A stretch of DNA of 63,993 nucleotides, counting the filler, from Circinaria calcarea (Eukaryota), in NCBI GenBank assembly GCA_051942165.1. It is 8 parts of 8 records of this genome, joined end to end, with 100 filler letters (N's around TTAATTAATTAA, not from the genome) between each part and the next. Parts side by side here need not be neighbours in the genome. Positions count along the whole stretch, not along the records: positions 1 to 7,941 come from JAVECS010001209.1; positions 8,042 to 15,981 come from JAVECS010001210.1; 6 more parts are not named here. One strand, given 5' to 3'. Positions 1 to 13,977 of this stretch are shown here, piece by piece; the first letter of the stretch is position 1, and each line of letters opens with the position of its first letter. A model generated the notes under the pieces. It was not told the origin of the DNA and ran no database searches. It saw only the letters and a program-made list of their open reading frames with translations. A program made the position numbers and the translations under genes.

Positions 1-356
1 GGCAAGCTGCCAGTGGGGGGGGTGCATGACTATCCTATCATAAATGAAAGTCCATAGGTCCATAGGTCCATAAGTAAATCGGATAGCTTTTTAACCCCCA
101 TTCCCAAAATCTCCCCTTGCTTTCAATGAATGCTTAGGCACTATATGTGACCGTAGAGTAGGTAATTTTTATCAGAATAGTATGCAAATCTACGCTTTTA
201 ATTTTTTGCATCTTGATATCTTAAAAAGTTCCCGGTGCTAGCTGGCCCCTCCCATACTATGTAAGCCCACAACTAGCCCCCCGAGCATTTTGCCAAAAGA
301 AAAAAAAAAAGCGCTAAATTGTCCAAAATCTCCATTCAACCAGACCTTATCTTAAC

Positions 357-392
357 GGATAGATAGATAGATGGATAGATAGATAGATAGAC
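357..392. repeat. (GATA)n microsatellite
   Basis: ggatagatagatagatggatagatagatagatagac. Confidence 0.85.
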
Positions 393-667
393 AAGGGTCC
401 TGGACGGGCATGGCATGGCATGGTATGGAACGATTCCTATCTATCTATCTGCGTTTTAATGGAAAAAGGAGAAAAAGGAGAAAAGGAAACAATTTGCAAC
501 TTTTATGTGTCCCCAAAGCTTCTCGAGTCTTGAGCCATGAAGGGCTTTTTCTCTCTCTCCTTTTTTCTCCCCCCGGAACATATGGGAACGTAGACGTGGA
601 ACGGGGGAGCATGTAGCACCTACCCTTCTCATCGCCATCGCCCTCGCACCCGTTTGGTTTGCCAAAG

Positions 668-3090
668 TTATGAGTTATCCTCTTCCAGCAGCGGAGAAAC
701 TCGGACCGGTTGAGAAATAGACCTAGGCTCCTCGATTTTGAGATTTTCCTTGGAGGAGATTGGCTCCCGCGGGGAAGAACGGCGTTTGGCGGGTAGATTG
801 ATTCGTCTGCGGAGATTCAAGGCCGCGATGAGCCTTGGTTTTAATCCTTGGGGCGCTGCCAGGCGTGACGGCGGTCTTTGGTTCTTGGAGAGCTGGTGGG
901 GAAGGGGACGCCCTGAGGGGTTAGGGTCGAGATGGTCGGAGAGGAGGAGAAGGAGGAGGAGGATGGTGAGTTGGACTGTGAAGGGTTTAGGCGAGATTGT
1001 AGGGGAGGAGAAGGACGTTGGGCAGGTCTTGAAAGGTATGGTCGAGGTTGTCCGGGAGAAGAAGGGGCACAACGGCGGGAAGATGGCGCAGAGTCTGGTC
1101 GAGATTGTCGGCGAGGGGAGGGGGAAGGGGAGGAGGGCCGTGTGGGATGCAATAAGGTGCGCTGAGATTCTCGAGGAGAAGAGGGCGAGGGATGTGGTCG
1201 TCTACCGGGTCTATCGGTTGTCCGCTCGTCAATTAAATGCTCACCGGAAGGAGAAGTATTGCCGGGCTTTTGGCTGTACTGAGTCCGGGGAGTTGGGCCC
1301 GAAAGCTCCGGCTCAAACTGGACATGACGGTTGAGACGACCGCGGGATTCACGGGTTGGCGCTAGACTGATGTTAGTGACGATGAACCCGTTCAGACGAA
1401 CAGGGTTGAAAGTGGGGGAGACGGACAGAGTAAACCCTTCGTCGGACTCTGCAAAGCACGAGCCTTTCCCGCTTGCGCAGGACGTGGAACTTTCTGTTCT
1501 AGGTTTCTCTGCTCGATGCGGAGGCTCTCTTGAACCCGCGCCAGAGCGGTGTACTGTCTCGTCTCGTAGTTTACAAAGCCATGGAGGGGATGGTGAGGAG
1601 GGTATTGACGTTGAGGCTTCTCCGGCTCACGGTCGAGCTCTTCGATCAATCCGCTAGCGGCCACGACATCCAGGGGAGCCTGAAACACGACGGTCTCCAT
1701 GAGAAAGGGGTCCGCGTTTTTCTCGATATGATCCATTGCCAAATGGACTAAATCCGGGGCTGCCTTTAGTAAGAGTTGCTTGAAGTGATTGGCATCTTGC
1801 ATCTTAGGGGATTTCTTTTTCGATCTAGTTTATGATACGGGTGTTGAGCGAAACCGTGATGGAAGCCAAGAATTCTGGGGGGAGGGTCAAAGTTTAGCTC
1901 CCTCGTCTTTCCGATACGATCTCTGTAGAAGGCAACAGCGCCTTTGCAGATGTTCAATGTGCAAAGCCAATCAGGCAAAAAGGCTTATGATGAGCATGAC
2001 GGGAGAAGGGAAGTGCGTGGAAGAAAGAGACACGCAACGATATATAGCGGAAAAGGCGTGTTAACTCGAGGTGGACACTTTTTGGTGAAGCATCGCTCAA
2101 GGACTGTTCTTGAATGTGTTGAATACATGCTGTGTAGCTCGCCAATTGTATAAAGAAACAGTAGGGATTCCGGTAACAACACCTTTCAGCCATGGACCAA
2201 GCCTATGTCCTTCACGCAGCCACTTCTTACCCCTACCAATTCCCTTGATATACCTTTCCATAGTTCAAGCAAGTCATACCCGTTACAATGACTTTGCTTG
2301 ACTTGAACTAGATGCGGAGCCTTTGCAAATTGTGTTCGGAAGTGCTCTCGTTCCATAGCGTTCTTGGGCAACCCTAGTCCTCTCTTCCCCCCATAATTAC
2401 CAATACCCAATCAATGCCGGCTTTGTGCGTTCACAACCAATCCATTCTCTCTTATTTCCCAGTAGTCGTCGGACACTTGTTGCCTTCATCTGTTTTGTCA
2501 TTTTATTTTACCCCAGAAATTGCCAAATAATCAACCGATGCGTTCCATTTGTATACATCTGGACAGTCGCCTAAGCACAGGCGCAGGCTGTCTTCGGTTA
2601 TAGATTGCTAGTAAGCCTTATGTGTACGTACTCATGTGACCTTGACCATGAAGGGAGTACCAATGTTATGCTCAAACCTATACCCTAATATATTTCGGCA
2701 AGGAGACTTGAGCCCAGTAAGCCGTGTTGGATCATGCCGCTTGGACTGAGCACTCCCGTCAATGTTTATGCCGCTGGAATGGCCCGATTTTAGTTATTTT
2801 CTCAACAGCCTCGAGAGGGCCAACCGTTCCAGTCTCCTGTCCTTATGCGTGGCAAGCTTTGACGGGTGCTTATCCCGGCTCTCTCTGGATTCAACCGTAT
2901 ATATGGTTTACTCCCTCAGGGTGACTCATATCATGGTCTTCAAGATGAGATTTGATGTTAAGAGCATAGAGACTATCGTTGACGCCGTCGACGAACTACC
3001 CTGCGATTAGGGAGTGTCTGGACTTGAATGCATGTGAGTAACCTCCGCCCCGGTTGTTCAGGAGAAAATATCCTTTGGTGTTTGCCATTG
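668..3090 (-). pseudogene. Possible decayed gene of unknown function
   Basis: ORFs 2186-2410, 1985-2182 and 1766-1978 share one minus frame separated by single TGA/TAA stops. Protein-like text continues after apparent frameshifts (1392-1802, 668-1072) and upstream to ~3090. No domain recognised. Confidence 0.3.
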
Positions 3091-4111
3091 GGGTACTCAG
3101 ATCTGGCAGGCAGCAGGTATAATAAATGTTAGCGTGATGTACTTGGCACCAACAGCATAAATTCCGAGGAAAAATGAGGTGCAATACTCGGGGTATTTTT
3201 CTATGCCTATTTAGGTTTTCTATCATATAAAAGTTTCAAGTTTGGGCTTTCAATATCTATTGTCCACTATTCTCAAACAGGGCAGATCGAGTACGGCCCC
3301 CCGGCTTCGAAACACTACTCCACGATAGGCTTAGCGGGCGATTCTACCCCAGACCCCAGACCGTTCCAAGTCATTCCCGTAACTTTAGGCCTTAAGGTGC
3401 CTTTTTCAACAAAAGAGCTTAGGCGGACAATTCCCCAATTGTCTCTTCAGAAGGGGTCCATAGTTGGCATTCGTCCACCGCCAAACACATCAGGACGCCA
3501 TCCCATTGACCACCGGGGGAGTTGGGACAGGCTCGGCATTCATCCCGACCTTATCGGAACTGCATTATGCATTGGTCGAAGGGGCATGTGACTAACAGGA
3601 TCATCTACACTTGAGTCATCCGCTCAGTTGGCTCAGGAGAGCAAACCGTCAAGAGATCGATAGCTCTGGGCGAGTGCTACGTAGTATAAGTAAGTCACGG
3701 CAAACTGGATGGAGCTTCGGACTTTAGCGTGAAAAGCTGATAGGCTTCTGCGTCAGGCATCAACTGCAAAAAGCCGTTTGTAGATGCCTGCCGGCCCTTT
3801 TTACATTCGACCCCTAAGCCCGGGATGGAAATAGACTCGACCTCGCAAATGCATCTCAACGCCTTCATCAACTCCCGCCCATAGACAGAGTCTCTTGGGC
3901 TGCCCTTTACACGTTGCTGTCGGGCTCACAGAACGCAAACTTCATCTCCGTGTGATGGAATCCCATCAGCTTGCTACCGCTCCGATCCTCGCCACACCTT
4001 ATCACCATCACGGGCAACTCATCAACACTTACTCCATATATCGATAGCATTATCCAAGGTGGGAGAGCAACACAGGCATCTCCTTTGAAAATTTTTTGAC
4101 AATCTGAGAAG

Positions 4112-7100
4112 ATGCATCAACACCCCCGAGCACCGCCGGTCACGGCCTCCCCCGCCAATTCTCCGAGAACAAACCCTGCACGAACAAACAATCCAAGGGA
4201 TCAGGATGCAGGAACGTCAAGATCTGGTTCCGAACGAGGCACCCCTAGCGAGCAGGGGATCGGCATCACCGAGGGGGCTGATGCTTTGATGCGAGGCCAA
4301 GATGGTTCAGGCCAGGGAAACAGCAACTTGGCCAAGCTGAGTCAGGTGATACAGGTAGTTATCCCTCGCTGTCCTAACAAGATACGCCGCGGTATGGATT
4401 GAGAAGGAGCTAATTCCCTGAGCGCTCCAGAATTATCATACCAAAGCGGCACTAATTCTACTTCAATCGCGGATATCATTACCGCCAGCGTATGCCAAAG
4501 GCTCAGATACCAGACGCGTAAATAAATGGGTGTGTTCCAACCCTAACTTGCCTAGTAATTGCTGCAATTCAGCCTCGGCGCTAATAACATTGCATCCATA
4601 GTTCAACGTCGAGCTCGATGAAACGGACGCCCTTCGAGATGACCTCCGCGTATGGAAAAACTGTGACGTCGTGGATAACCGGCCACCACCTATGATCATT
4701 GAGATCTACATCGATACCGAAGAACTAACTAACAATCAAAGCCTAGCGATAGTTGACGATGCCGGAAAGGAATGTGATGTGGGAGAGGCCCTGAAGATAG
4801 CAACTAGCTCCGCCGGTGAGGGTAGAAGAGACAGCTCGAAACCACAAATCATCCTTGAGCGGTGGCATATAGAGCTAGGAGACACAACCAAGGAATATCC
4901 TAAAGATCTAGGAACGATCCTTCCTCGTATCTACAAGAACAGCATAGTTTTGTTTCGATCACTCTATACGTATGCTAAGCTCCTCCCAACGTGGAAACTT
5001 GGTAGGCGACTGTCAAAACCTCGAGCATCCCACGGCATACCAAGGTTGAAATATCGCATCGTTAATTGCGCGTCGCCGATGCCGTACCGCGCCATTGATG
5101 AACTCACGGTACCGCTATTCGAGGGCGATGATCGGGTTATTGAGAGATTCATGTTTGAACCTATTGACTCTCCTGCTGGCCCCTTCTCCATTAAAGTATT
5201 ATATCGTACCCACTGTGATTTCCGGATAGACAATTCTGAAACGCTCCTGAGCTCGCATTTCATGGGCATGGACGAAGACATGTTTCCACCCTCTCTTGGT
5301 CTTCACCAGCCGCGCAGTCTGCAGCCAGCCAAGGATCGTACGACGCTCCATGCGGAACTCGGATCTCTACCGCAAACTCGGCAGGACATTGTTGAGATTG
5401 TCAGCCAGGGCCAAGCATACGGCAGCCTCTCAACCTTTCACAACGCAGGACCACCAGTAAGCTCTAGCCCTCTTTCTGCTCTTCGAGCGGCCCGCGACAT
5501 GAATACACATTCACCAGACTCGCCCCCACCGAAAGTACCTCCTAATCACAGGTCTGCTCAGGGATCACGTTCCTCTCTCCGCTCTAATGAGGCTGGAATG
5601 GGCAGGAGAACATCAGTGTCTTTCATGCCCTTCAAGACACCATCGTTATCAGCATCGCCACTTCAGAACGAGCCGACCACCACATCATCGCCAAGGGGCT
5701 CGATAGGCAGAGGTTCACCTCTTAGTGCGCTTGCTGAGGCTAGAAATCCCTCTGCTCTGAACCCTAATCATTCTGTACCCTCAAAAGCTTCGCCTGTGAT
5801 ACATGATCAGCCTGTAACATTGTCAGTCTCTAGTTCGCCTAGACCGGCGGCTACCAGATATAGTAGCAGCTTTGGTCATCGACGTGGGAGGCCATCTATT
5901 GGCACTGGTAGCCGAACCGACGATGACAATAATAGTAGCGGCAAGGCGAGCCTCACGTCTTCAGCAGCACGACCAGGATCTGAGGTTCTTGTAGAGGGAG
6001 GAGATGCAAGCTCGAGCTCAGTTCATACAGACGATGACAACATTTCGGACTTCCTAAAAATGTTGGACCAGAAAAAAGACTTGAAGAGCTTTCAAACACC
6101 CAGCGGTAGCGCCTCAGCCGAGGCATCGACTAGGCGAACCACAGCTGCACTTTCAAAGTTTCAGCGATACAGAGAGACCAATGCGGGTCTGGCTGAATCA
6201 ATGTCGTCCTCCCAAATGCTGCATCGTTCCTCAAGCTCCTCGAGTAGGCAGTTGTCAAGCGTACCTCCTATGGTAGCGGGAACGTCGATGTCGATCGCAT
6301 CCTCACCTGGAAAGCCTATTTCACCACATACGCCGCACACCCCTGCAATCCCTTCGCGACTGAGTGCCAATAGCATCATAGAGTATACGCATGGAGGAGA
6401 AAGAGGTGGGAATCGTCATCGACTCTCTCGCGAAGAGGAGGCACGAGTAGAGGAAAATGAGGGTGAAGGGCTTCCAGGCAATCATGGCACGGGAGCTATC
6501 GATATCCCCATGTCTCCGAGGCCATATCACCCTAACTATCGGAGATCAAGTTCGGTCGCTCAACACCACAGACCTCTGCCATTAGATGATGATGTAGGCG
6601 ACATCCTACACTTTGGACTACGAAGCGCTAGTCTTGGTGATGGCGATGAAAGGCCGCCTCTGAGCCTGAGCGCTCTCCTAGGTTTACAGGAGGGTTCGGA
6701 CGTTGCCATTCCCGTTGCAGGCCGTAATGACAGATCGTTTGCGCCTTTGCCTGTTCAGAGGGATGAAGGTGTTGCGTTGGAAGGGCAATGCATGCCATCA
6801 CCTGACGGCCGTGAAGAGGAACGCCCCAGCTCCGCCCGTGGTCTGTCTTATCGCCCTCGGCTTGGACGCGGAAGTGGTCGAGGACAAACGCCACCGCATG
6901 GCTCTCTGACAAGTCTGACCGGAGATCGGGGGAGTTGTAGCGGAAGCTCCGACCAGCGGGGAGGCCGATATAGCTTTTCACGAACTCCTAATTTCGAAGA
7001 AGAAGAACCGTTCCTGTTTGCTATGAGCGACTTTGGTGTGACGCAACAGACGAAACAGAGTCTGGAAGACGGCAGAGGCGGAGGCGGATATAGTGCCGGT

Positions 7101-7193
7101 GTCAATGATAGAAAAGGGGGCGAGTCTGGAGGATCATCAAGGAGGGGAAGTAGGCGAGGTGGAATGATGTGGATGGGCGATAATGGCAGATAG
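4112..7193 (+). CDS. ATG13: Autophagy-related protein 13 (HORMA domain plus long Ser/Pro-rich tail)
   Basis: Exons 4112-4354, 4431-4529, 4602-7193 with GT..CTAAT..AG introns. Motifs [59 protein letters not shown]. Confidence 0.93.
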
Positions 7194-7941
7194 TTCCTGC
7201 TGTGCATTGCTCTGCCTGTTCTATTCATACGGGCATCGTCTCTACGAATACATCAGATGGAAGCATCTTGTATTTTTTTCATCGTCCTTGCAACCTGGCT
7301 CCGGGGGGGCGGGGGCAACTCGCACTGTGTCTCGCGCTTCAGCGAGGGGAGTTTCTTTCTTGCAACTCATCGATTTGAGCTTTTGGATGGTCTGGAGTTC
7401 CTTTTGGGAGGATTGGGAAGTGCCAGGCTCATTTGTTGGTTGAAAGTGACGGGAGGTCCTGATAACATATAGAATTATCTTCGTTTTGTAGAGAATTAAG
7501 AATCCCCGGGGAAGGAGATCTGAATACAGCTTTTTATCAAAAAATGTCAAAATTTCTACACTCGTGACCCGCTGGTCGAGCAAAAAGGATACCCGTATTT
7601 TTGTACTGTAAATTTGTAATGGCGGCTGGGGGGTTTATTATTCTGGTGGGCCGGGACGGTACGAGGGAGGAAGGGACTTTTCTCGTTTGGATCTGTAATT
7701 ATTCGACATAATACGTACGGGGTATGGTAGGATAGGATGGGATAAGATAGGATAGGATAGTGGTCATATAACTCCTGTTTCCAGTTACTCTACCATTACT
7801 CTAATGGCCCCTGGGATTTTATCTCAGTTTCCTCGAGGAATCTTGGAGTCTTTTTTTTTTTTTTTTTTTTTTTTTCCCCTCTAACAGGGTGGGGAATTTT
7901 TCCATATGGGAATAGCTAGCTGGGTGGGTGTGGGTATGGGT

Positions 7942-8041
7942 NNNNNNNNNNNNNNNNNNNNNNNNNNNNNNNNNNNNNNNNNNNNTTAATTAATTAANNN
8001 NNNNNNNNNNNNNNNNNNNNNNNNNNNNNNNNNNNNNNNNN
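7942..8041. other. Artificial contig linker
   Basis: 100 bp: N run, six-frame stop TTAATTAATTAA, N run. Confidence 0.98.
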
Positions 8042-8264
8042 CTATTATAAAATTTAGGGGGGAGAGGGGGCGGAGGGGGGGCATGGTTCCTACTGCCCTC
8101 CTGAACCTCGGGATAATTAAGGTTACACAGAAGAAGAAAGATATATATGCCTAATTGCCCTGGCTCGTCAAGTATCTACCCATCATGGTCATGTTTTCAA
8201 TCCAGCGCTCTCCTCCAGCAGGAATTCCGCCATGTCCATTCCATTTGCGGGCTGGATTGTATGA

Positions 8265-11200
8265 TTAACCTCTAGACGTCAGGTAGTCAACCGTTTTATC
8301 AGCATTATAATCAAACTTCTCCAACGCCTTCAAGCTATCGTCTCGGGAGAAGCCCATCGCTACGATATCCTAAAAATAATCCATTTGGTTAGCTATATAA
8401 ATTAATGTTTGCATGTGCTTTACTAACCTTCAATATCGGATCATCATGCTCCGTCCCCGAGGTAAGCCCCCTTGCCAAAGGTGGCTTCGATCCCGCCGAT
8501 GTTGCTGCCGTTGGACTTATCTCTTCTTTCGGCGGCACAGATGGTTGATTGGTACCGTTGGCTTTGGAAGGTGTATTGCCGAGCCCAGCAAAAATGGCGT
8601 CCCAATCGTGATCCTTGGTGGTAGGCTGGGATTGTGATGGTTGGCCAAAGGTAGATGTTTGGGTGGGACTAGAAGAGAAACCCGAATCGAAATCATGAGA
8701 ACTGTCATTCCCCGTTTGATTTACACCGTTTGCAGCAAACCTTGATGGAGCAGGCGAATCAAAAATAGGATTGAATTCGTCAAAACCTTCTCTATGCGAA
8801 TCGCCAAAAGCATCCACACCTTTCTCATCGGCCTCTCTGGCTTCGGAGAGATCACCGAACGCGTCATCAAAGTCATCGACTGCTTGCTTAGGAGGGACGG
8901 GAGGTTGAGACTGTACGGACTGAGGAAGGGATGTAGTATAAGCGTAAGGCGCGGCTGTAGCACCTGGTGCCATGGGCATTTGGGACGGCGGCAGAAATGA
9001 TCCTGAAGCGGCTCGCTCTTTAGCATTAGGACCAGAAAAGGGTGCGGATCCTTCATGTCCGTTAGACGGAGATCTTCCAACGGGTTCTGGTGACTGAGAC
9101 GCAGGAGGTGGAGAAGCCAAGATTTCTCTCGATGGTAAAAGTCCGCCGTACTCGGCCGGAAATTGATTGGATTCCCTATGACCCTCTGCATGACCGGCTG
9201 GTGAAACCGTCTGATCATAAGTAGGCGGTGAACTCTGTGCTTCTGGACCAGGGAGCTGACTGGGTTCCGATGCCATATGACCTGTGTCGGGACGGTCCAT
9301 CGTTGAAGGCATCGAAGCCTCGGTGACTTGGTCGTGTAATGGTAATTCACCGGCAGGGATCATAGCACCTCCGTTGCTAGAGTTTGCAATTCTTTGAGAA
9401 GCTTCTTCTATATTCCCCAGACCCTTGCCTACATGACCGTTCGAAGGCTGTGATGATTGCAGACCATCCGCAACAGCCGTTTGCTGCCGATGTGAAGGAG
9501 CAGGGGCGAAATCATCTTCGAACCCTCGATCGCTGTCGCTATCACTGTCGCTCTCTTCATCGGCACCAATCTCATGAATTGGGGGAAATTCATGATTAGC
9601 ATTTGAGTGCGAAGTATTCCCAAAATCAGCCTTCGCAGGAAAGGCGCTGCCGTTGCGATCACCGGAAGCCTTACTTGTACCTCCAAAATCTGCAAAAGCA
9701 GACTCAAAGTCATCCTTTGCAGAGGTAGTTCCGCGAGATTGTTCCGTCATCATGGCAAAAGGATCATTCCGAGTGTTAGGCGACCTTTCAGGAGGCAGAT
9801 CCGTTCCCCTAGAAGGTTCTTCCATCTGATCGATAGTTGACGTTGGAGTGTGTATGGAGGGAGTTGTATCGCTTGGAAACGCTCCTGGAATGTCTGGAGC
9901 AGCACTTGGAGCGCCGAATTCACTATGCATACTATTTGCATCCTCCGTATTGGCGGTAGGCGGTGAATTAGGCCTTTTCTTAACGGGCAGAGAAGAAGAT
10001 GGCTTAGGGTAAAGTGAGGGGGTAACAGCAATCTCGGTTCGATTGGTGTCCGATCTCTCCAGTGATTGAGGGAAGTCTGAAACAGAGGGCTGGGAACTGT
10101 GTTCATTCTTGGGAGTATCGACGCTAAAATCGTCACCGAAGCGACTCGCAGGCCCAGTGACCTTCACCGACGAGCTTGCTGAGCTTGAGCGCTGTAAACT
10201 ATCTTTGAGTGGTAAGAAGCTCGAGGTGATTTGCCGTGATTGAGGAGGTGGAGGTGGCGGCTGGTCAGGGTTTGGTAGCTCAATGTTCGACGGCTCGTTT
10301 TGGCTCGATGGTGGTGCAGCAGTAATTGACGTTGAGATATCATTTACTGCGTCTGATCTTCCTGGTTGATCAAATGAACTCGAAGACTGAAGTAATTGAT
10401 GAGGCTGATTAGGTGATTCACCCGCAAACGAGGCAAGTGGAGGACTAGATGTCTGAACGGACGACTGTACATGGGGAGAACCAACCGACGGTCCAAAAAT
10501 ACTGTCAAAGGCGTCGTGGTTCGGTGATGCAAAAGCCTGAGGGGAGAAAGGTGACTGAGCCACGCCTTTTTCGGAAGAGGAGGAGGCGGTTGCAGCTCTT
10601 CTGAAAAACGGATTCATACTCTGGCTAGTACTGGACAGGGCCGGGCTAGCCACAGCAGCCGACGACGGTGGAGCTCTCGTTGTGGAGGAAATGCTGCGTT
10701 TGCTCTCTTCCAATTCTCGCGTAGCCTCACTGAGTTCCTTTGAAGCCCCCTCTAAATCACCCATAACCTTGTCCCGCTCCGCTTCGTTCGTGCTCAGCTG
10801 CTTCTTGTTGATAGCTACCAACCCTCTTTGCTGGCGAGCTTCAGATCTCATCTTCTCGATCTTTGGTTTTAGCTCGCTAATTTCAGTGTTGACCTGACGC
10901 ATCTTTTCCTTGAGACTGCTGTTTTCCTTTTGGTCTGCTTCTAGAGCCGTGACGAGCTGCTGATGCTGTACTCGAAGATCCTGATGGGTACTTTGAACCA
11001 TTGCAATCTCCTGTTGCACCTTTCTCGTCTCGTTTCTCGACATGGCTAACCGCTCTTCCAGAGCCTTGACATCTCTGACTTCCTGTTCATACGCGGATCG
11101 CAATTGGGCTAGACGGCTCTCAAAATCCTTCCTTTGCGAATTTACCTGAGCAAGATCTTGCTCGGTGGATGCGCGTTTTGACTTGACCTGTTGCATTTGA

Positions 11201-13115
11201 TTGGTCAAATTGCCAACTTGATTCGATAGGTTGGCTAATTCCGTCGTTTCATTAGTTAAGCGTTTACTGATCTCAGGATCATTGTCGCCAAGTAAGTCGT
11301 CTTCGACCGGGGGCTGTGGTGATCGTTGAGGCAACCCTCGATTCTGCTGTGCAGGTCCACCACTGGCCGAGGCTCCGGTAGCTTGCGGGGTCATTATCGT
11401 CTGGCCAAATGAAGAAGATGGTACAAACGGTTTGAAGACAGACGACTGTTGAGATTGACGAGGTTGCTGCGGCGAGCCCGTTGGCTGAGGAGAGACAGGT
11501 GTAAAGGTAGACGATCCACCTGTTGATTGAGCCACTTGAGCTGGAGGGCTAGATAACGCGTCGAGACCGAAGAGATCTTCGACGGCAGACTTTGGCTTCG
11601 TAATATTCGCGGCGTTGTCGAATGTAGGAGCAGTAGATTGTGGAGGCGCTATAGGCTGCCGACGCATACTGGGCGGTATAAGGTTTGCTGGCAAGGTTTG
11701 TGGCAGAGTGCTAGGTCCCCCCTTTCTATTCAGCTCTTGACGGATCAAGTGCATCGCCACAGCAAATTCATCTCGGTTTAACCGTCCTTCAGAGTTGACA
11801 TCTGCCAGATCCCAGATCTGGGCAAGGTCATCTTCAGGTAAACGGGAGTTGCTGAAAAAACCAACGGCTTGCTCTCCCGTGATGTAACCCAAATTCTCCG
11901 TATCAACCTTTGCGAAGATTGTGTCAAACTGGGCTTTTTCCTGTGGAGTGATTGCCCAGTCGCCAGTAACCGGTGGTACAACTGCTGTAGACAGAGCTGA
12001 TGCCGCAGGAGTCCCATAAGGGGGGCGAGCGAGCGGACTAGAAGTCCGAGGTGGTCCTGCGCCACTGAATTGTCTTGGTAGAGCAGATATCGGAGGAACA
12101 TCAGAGGTGGGCCGTGAAACTGACGTTGGGCGCTGAGGAACCCCACGTCTAGCAGCTGCCTCGTAAAGACCCTGCGGTAAAGTTTGAGGAAGGGCTCGTA
12201 AGGCACCGGTCCTATATGAAGCCAACAGATGCATAGCGATGATGAATTCCGTTATGCTCAGCATGCCTCTTTGCTCAGTATCAGCGAGATTCCATATCCG
12301 CACAAGGACTTCGTTAGGTAGCTGGGCGCGGTCGAAGATTTGTTTGGCAGTACCACCTGAGTGCACCGTATGTCAGTATTGATGGAAAACCTCCCCCTAT
12401 ATTGAGAATACGTCCTGGGGCAGAACGCACCGGCAAGTAGCCCATTTTGAGCGCCCGAGTCTTCGAAAAGAGCGGCATACTGATTAGCTTTATCTGGTGC
12501 CAAGGGTGGCACTCGTATGGGGCCTCCACTCGCTTGCGGTAGCAATGGTCCAGGGGTAGCAGTGGACGGCGAGTTGGGAAGTCCATTGATCCCTTCAAAC
12601 CTAGGCAAAGGCCCTCCAGCTACGGTCACTCTTTGTCAGACATGACTTTTGTCCATTCCGCATCGGAAAACTCACGCCTCAGAGCTAGCTCTGCCGAGAC
12701 TTGACGTCCAGCTTGTGCATATCCGATCAACCTAAGGATAATACCGAAGCCCGCAGGCGTCAGAAAGCCTTTGTCTTCTGTGTCTGCGATTTGCCATATC
12801 TGCTCCGAGCATCGTTTATTAGCATTGGTCCTATAGTGTCGTGGTTGGTCATATTGCCGCTCACTTCGCCTAGAACCTCTGATGGAAGCTTGGTTTTCTC
12901 CGGAAAGAACTTGAGAGCTACATCTCCCGTGACGACTCCGATATTCTCCGTGTCTGCAGCTGCAAAGACCTGACCGAAGAGGCGCCGTTCATCTTGGCTC
13001 AGATTGAGATTGGGATGTTCTAACATTCCATCCAGATGTGATTAGCTTGACTATGGCTTAAAGCACGGAAACATGTCATCATACTCTGCTCCGAGCCTCC
13101 ATCGAGACCAGCCAT
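8265..13115 (-). CDS. EDE1: EH-domain, coiled-coil and UBA endocytic scaffold (Ede1/Eps15)
   Basis: Three EH domains (LGEIWQIAD, LVRIWNLAD, LAQIWDLAD), a central coiled coil, NPF/DPF motifs and a C-terminal UBA (DDPILKDIVAMGFSRDDSLKALEKFDYN). Multi-exon, ATG at 13115, TAA at 8265. Confidence 0.93.
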
Positions 13116-13977
13116 CACATTCACTGATTGCCAATGTTTGTCAAGTCAGCATGCAGTTGATGGCGCAAATGCTGTCGAGAGCTTCACATTCACAGAAAAA
13201 GACGGCGGATCAGCTCTGGAGTAGCAAAGACGATATAAATGCGGCTGCACGGTCGCAGTGAGGTGCCGCAGTCAGACCTTACAGTTGAGCGTCTTTTCGC
13301 CTGGAATTGCTTCTACAAAGGCAGGCTGCTGGCAGCTCTCCCGTCCTATGGCCCAATTAGGACAAGCGTCTTCGTTTCCGGGATACCCGATGCGACGACA
13401 AGGGTCCGCCCTAACCACATATGGCATATGGCGTTACGTACGCTCTGACCCCCTGAACAACGAATGAAAAGCATTAGACTTGGACATCAGATGAGAAGTT
13501 AGACCTGGTCATTAAGCACATAGGGCTGTTTTAAGGATTCCCTTCACCGCATAAATTTATTCAATACTTCAAACGTGAACAATCGCACTCAAAAACATGA
13601 CTAAGATAGTCCTCCCCCCGACCTTCAAGTCCTAAACTGGCCGCCCCTTTTCGTCTTGCACAGTAGGGCCCCTCCGCCAGTACCATATTCATACTGGCAA
13701 CAACCCAAACGCTTCTTCCTTCACTCCCTCTCAGCTCCTCCGAACGCGCAACCTGGCCATGTCCTGGGCATTGGCCTAACTCTAGAGCCAGTGGGCCAAG
13801 AGAATAGCTGTTCTCTTGCCCTGTAAGATCAACTCATTGGAGCTGCCTCTGGTTTTTCTAGTTGATCTAGAAAGGGTACGTTCTTCAACTGTCAATTGTT
13901 TCTGTACGTCATCGCCATTAAGTCACTGATGGTTGTTGATCCCTTAGCAGCGATCACAGTAGTTGGCCCCCCCGTCC

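Noticed and set aside
3290..3360. tRNA-like TTCGAA stretch
   Set aside because: No cloverleaf or proper A/B boxes could be formed on either strand
7986..7997. Recurrent TTAATTAATTAA motif every ~8 kb
   Set aside because: Synthetic six-frame stop spacer, not biological
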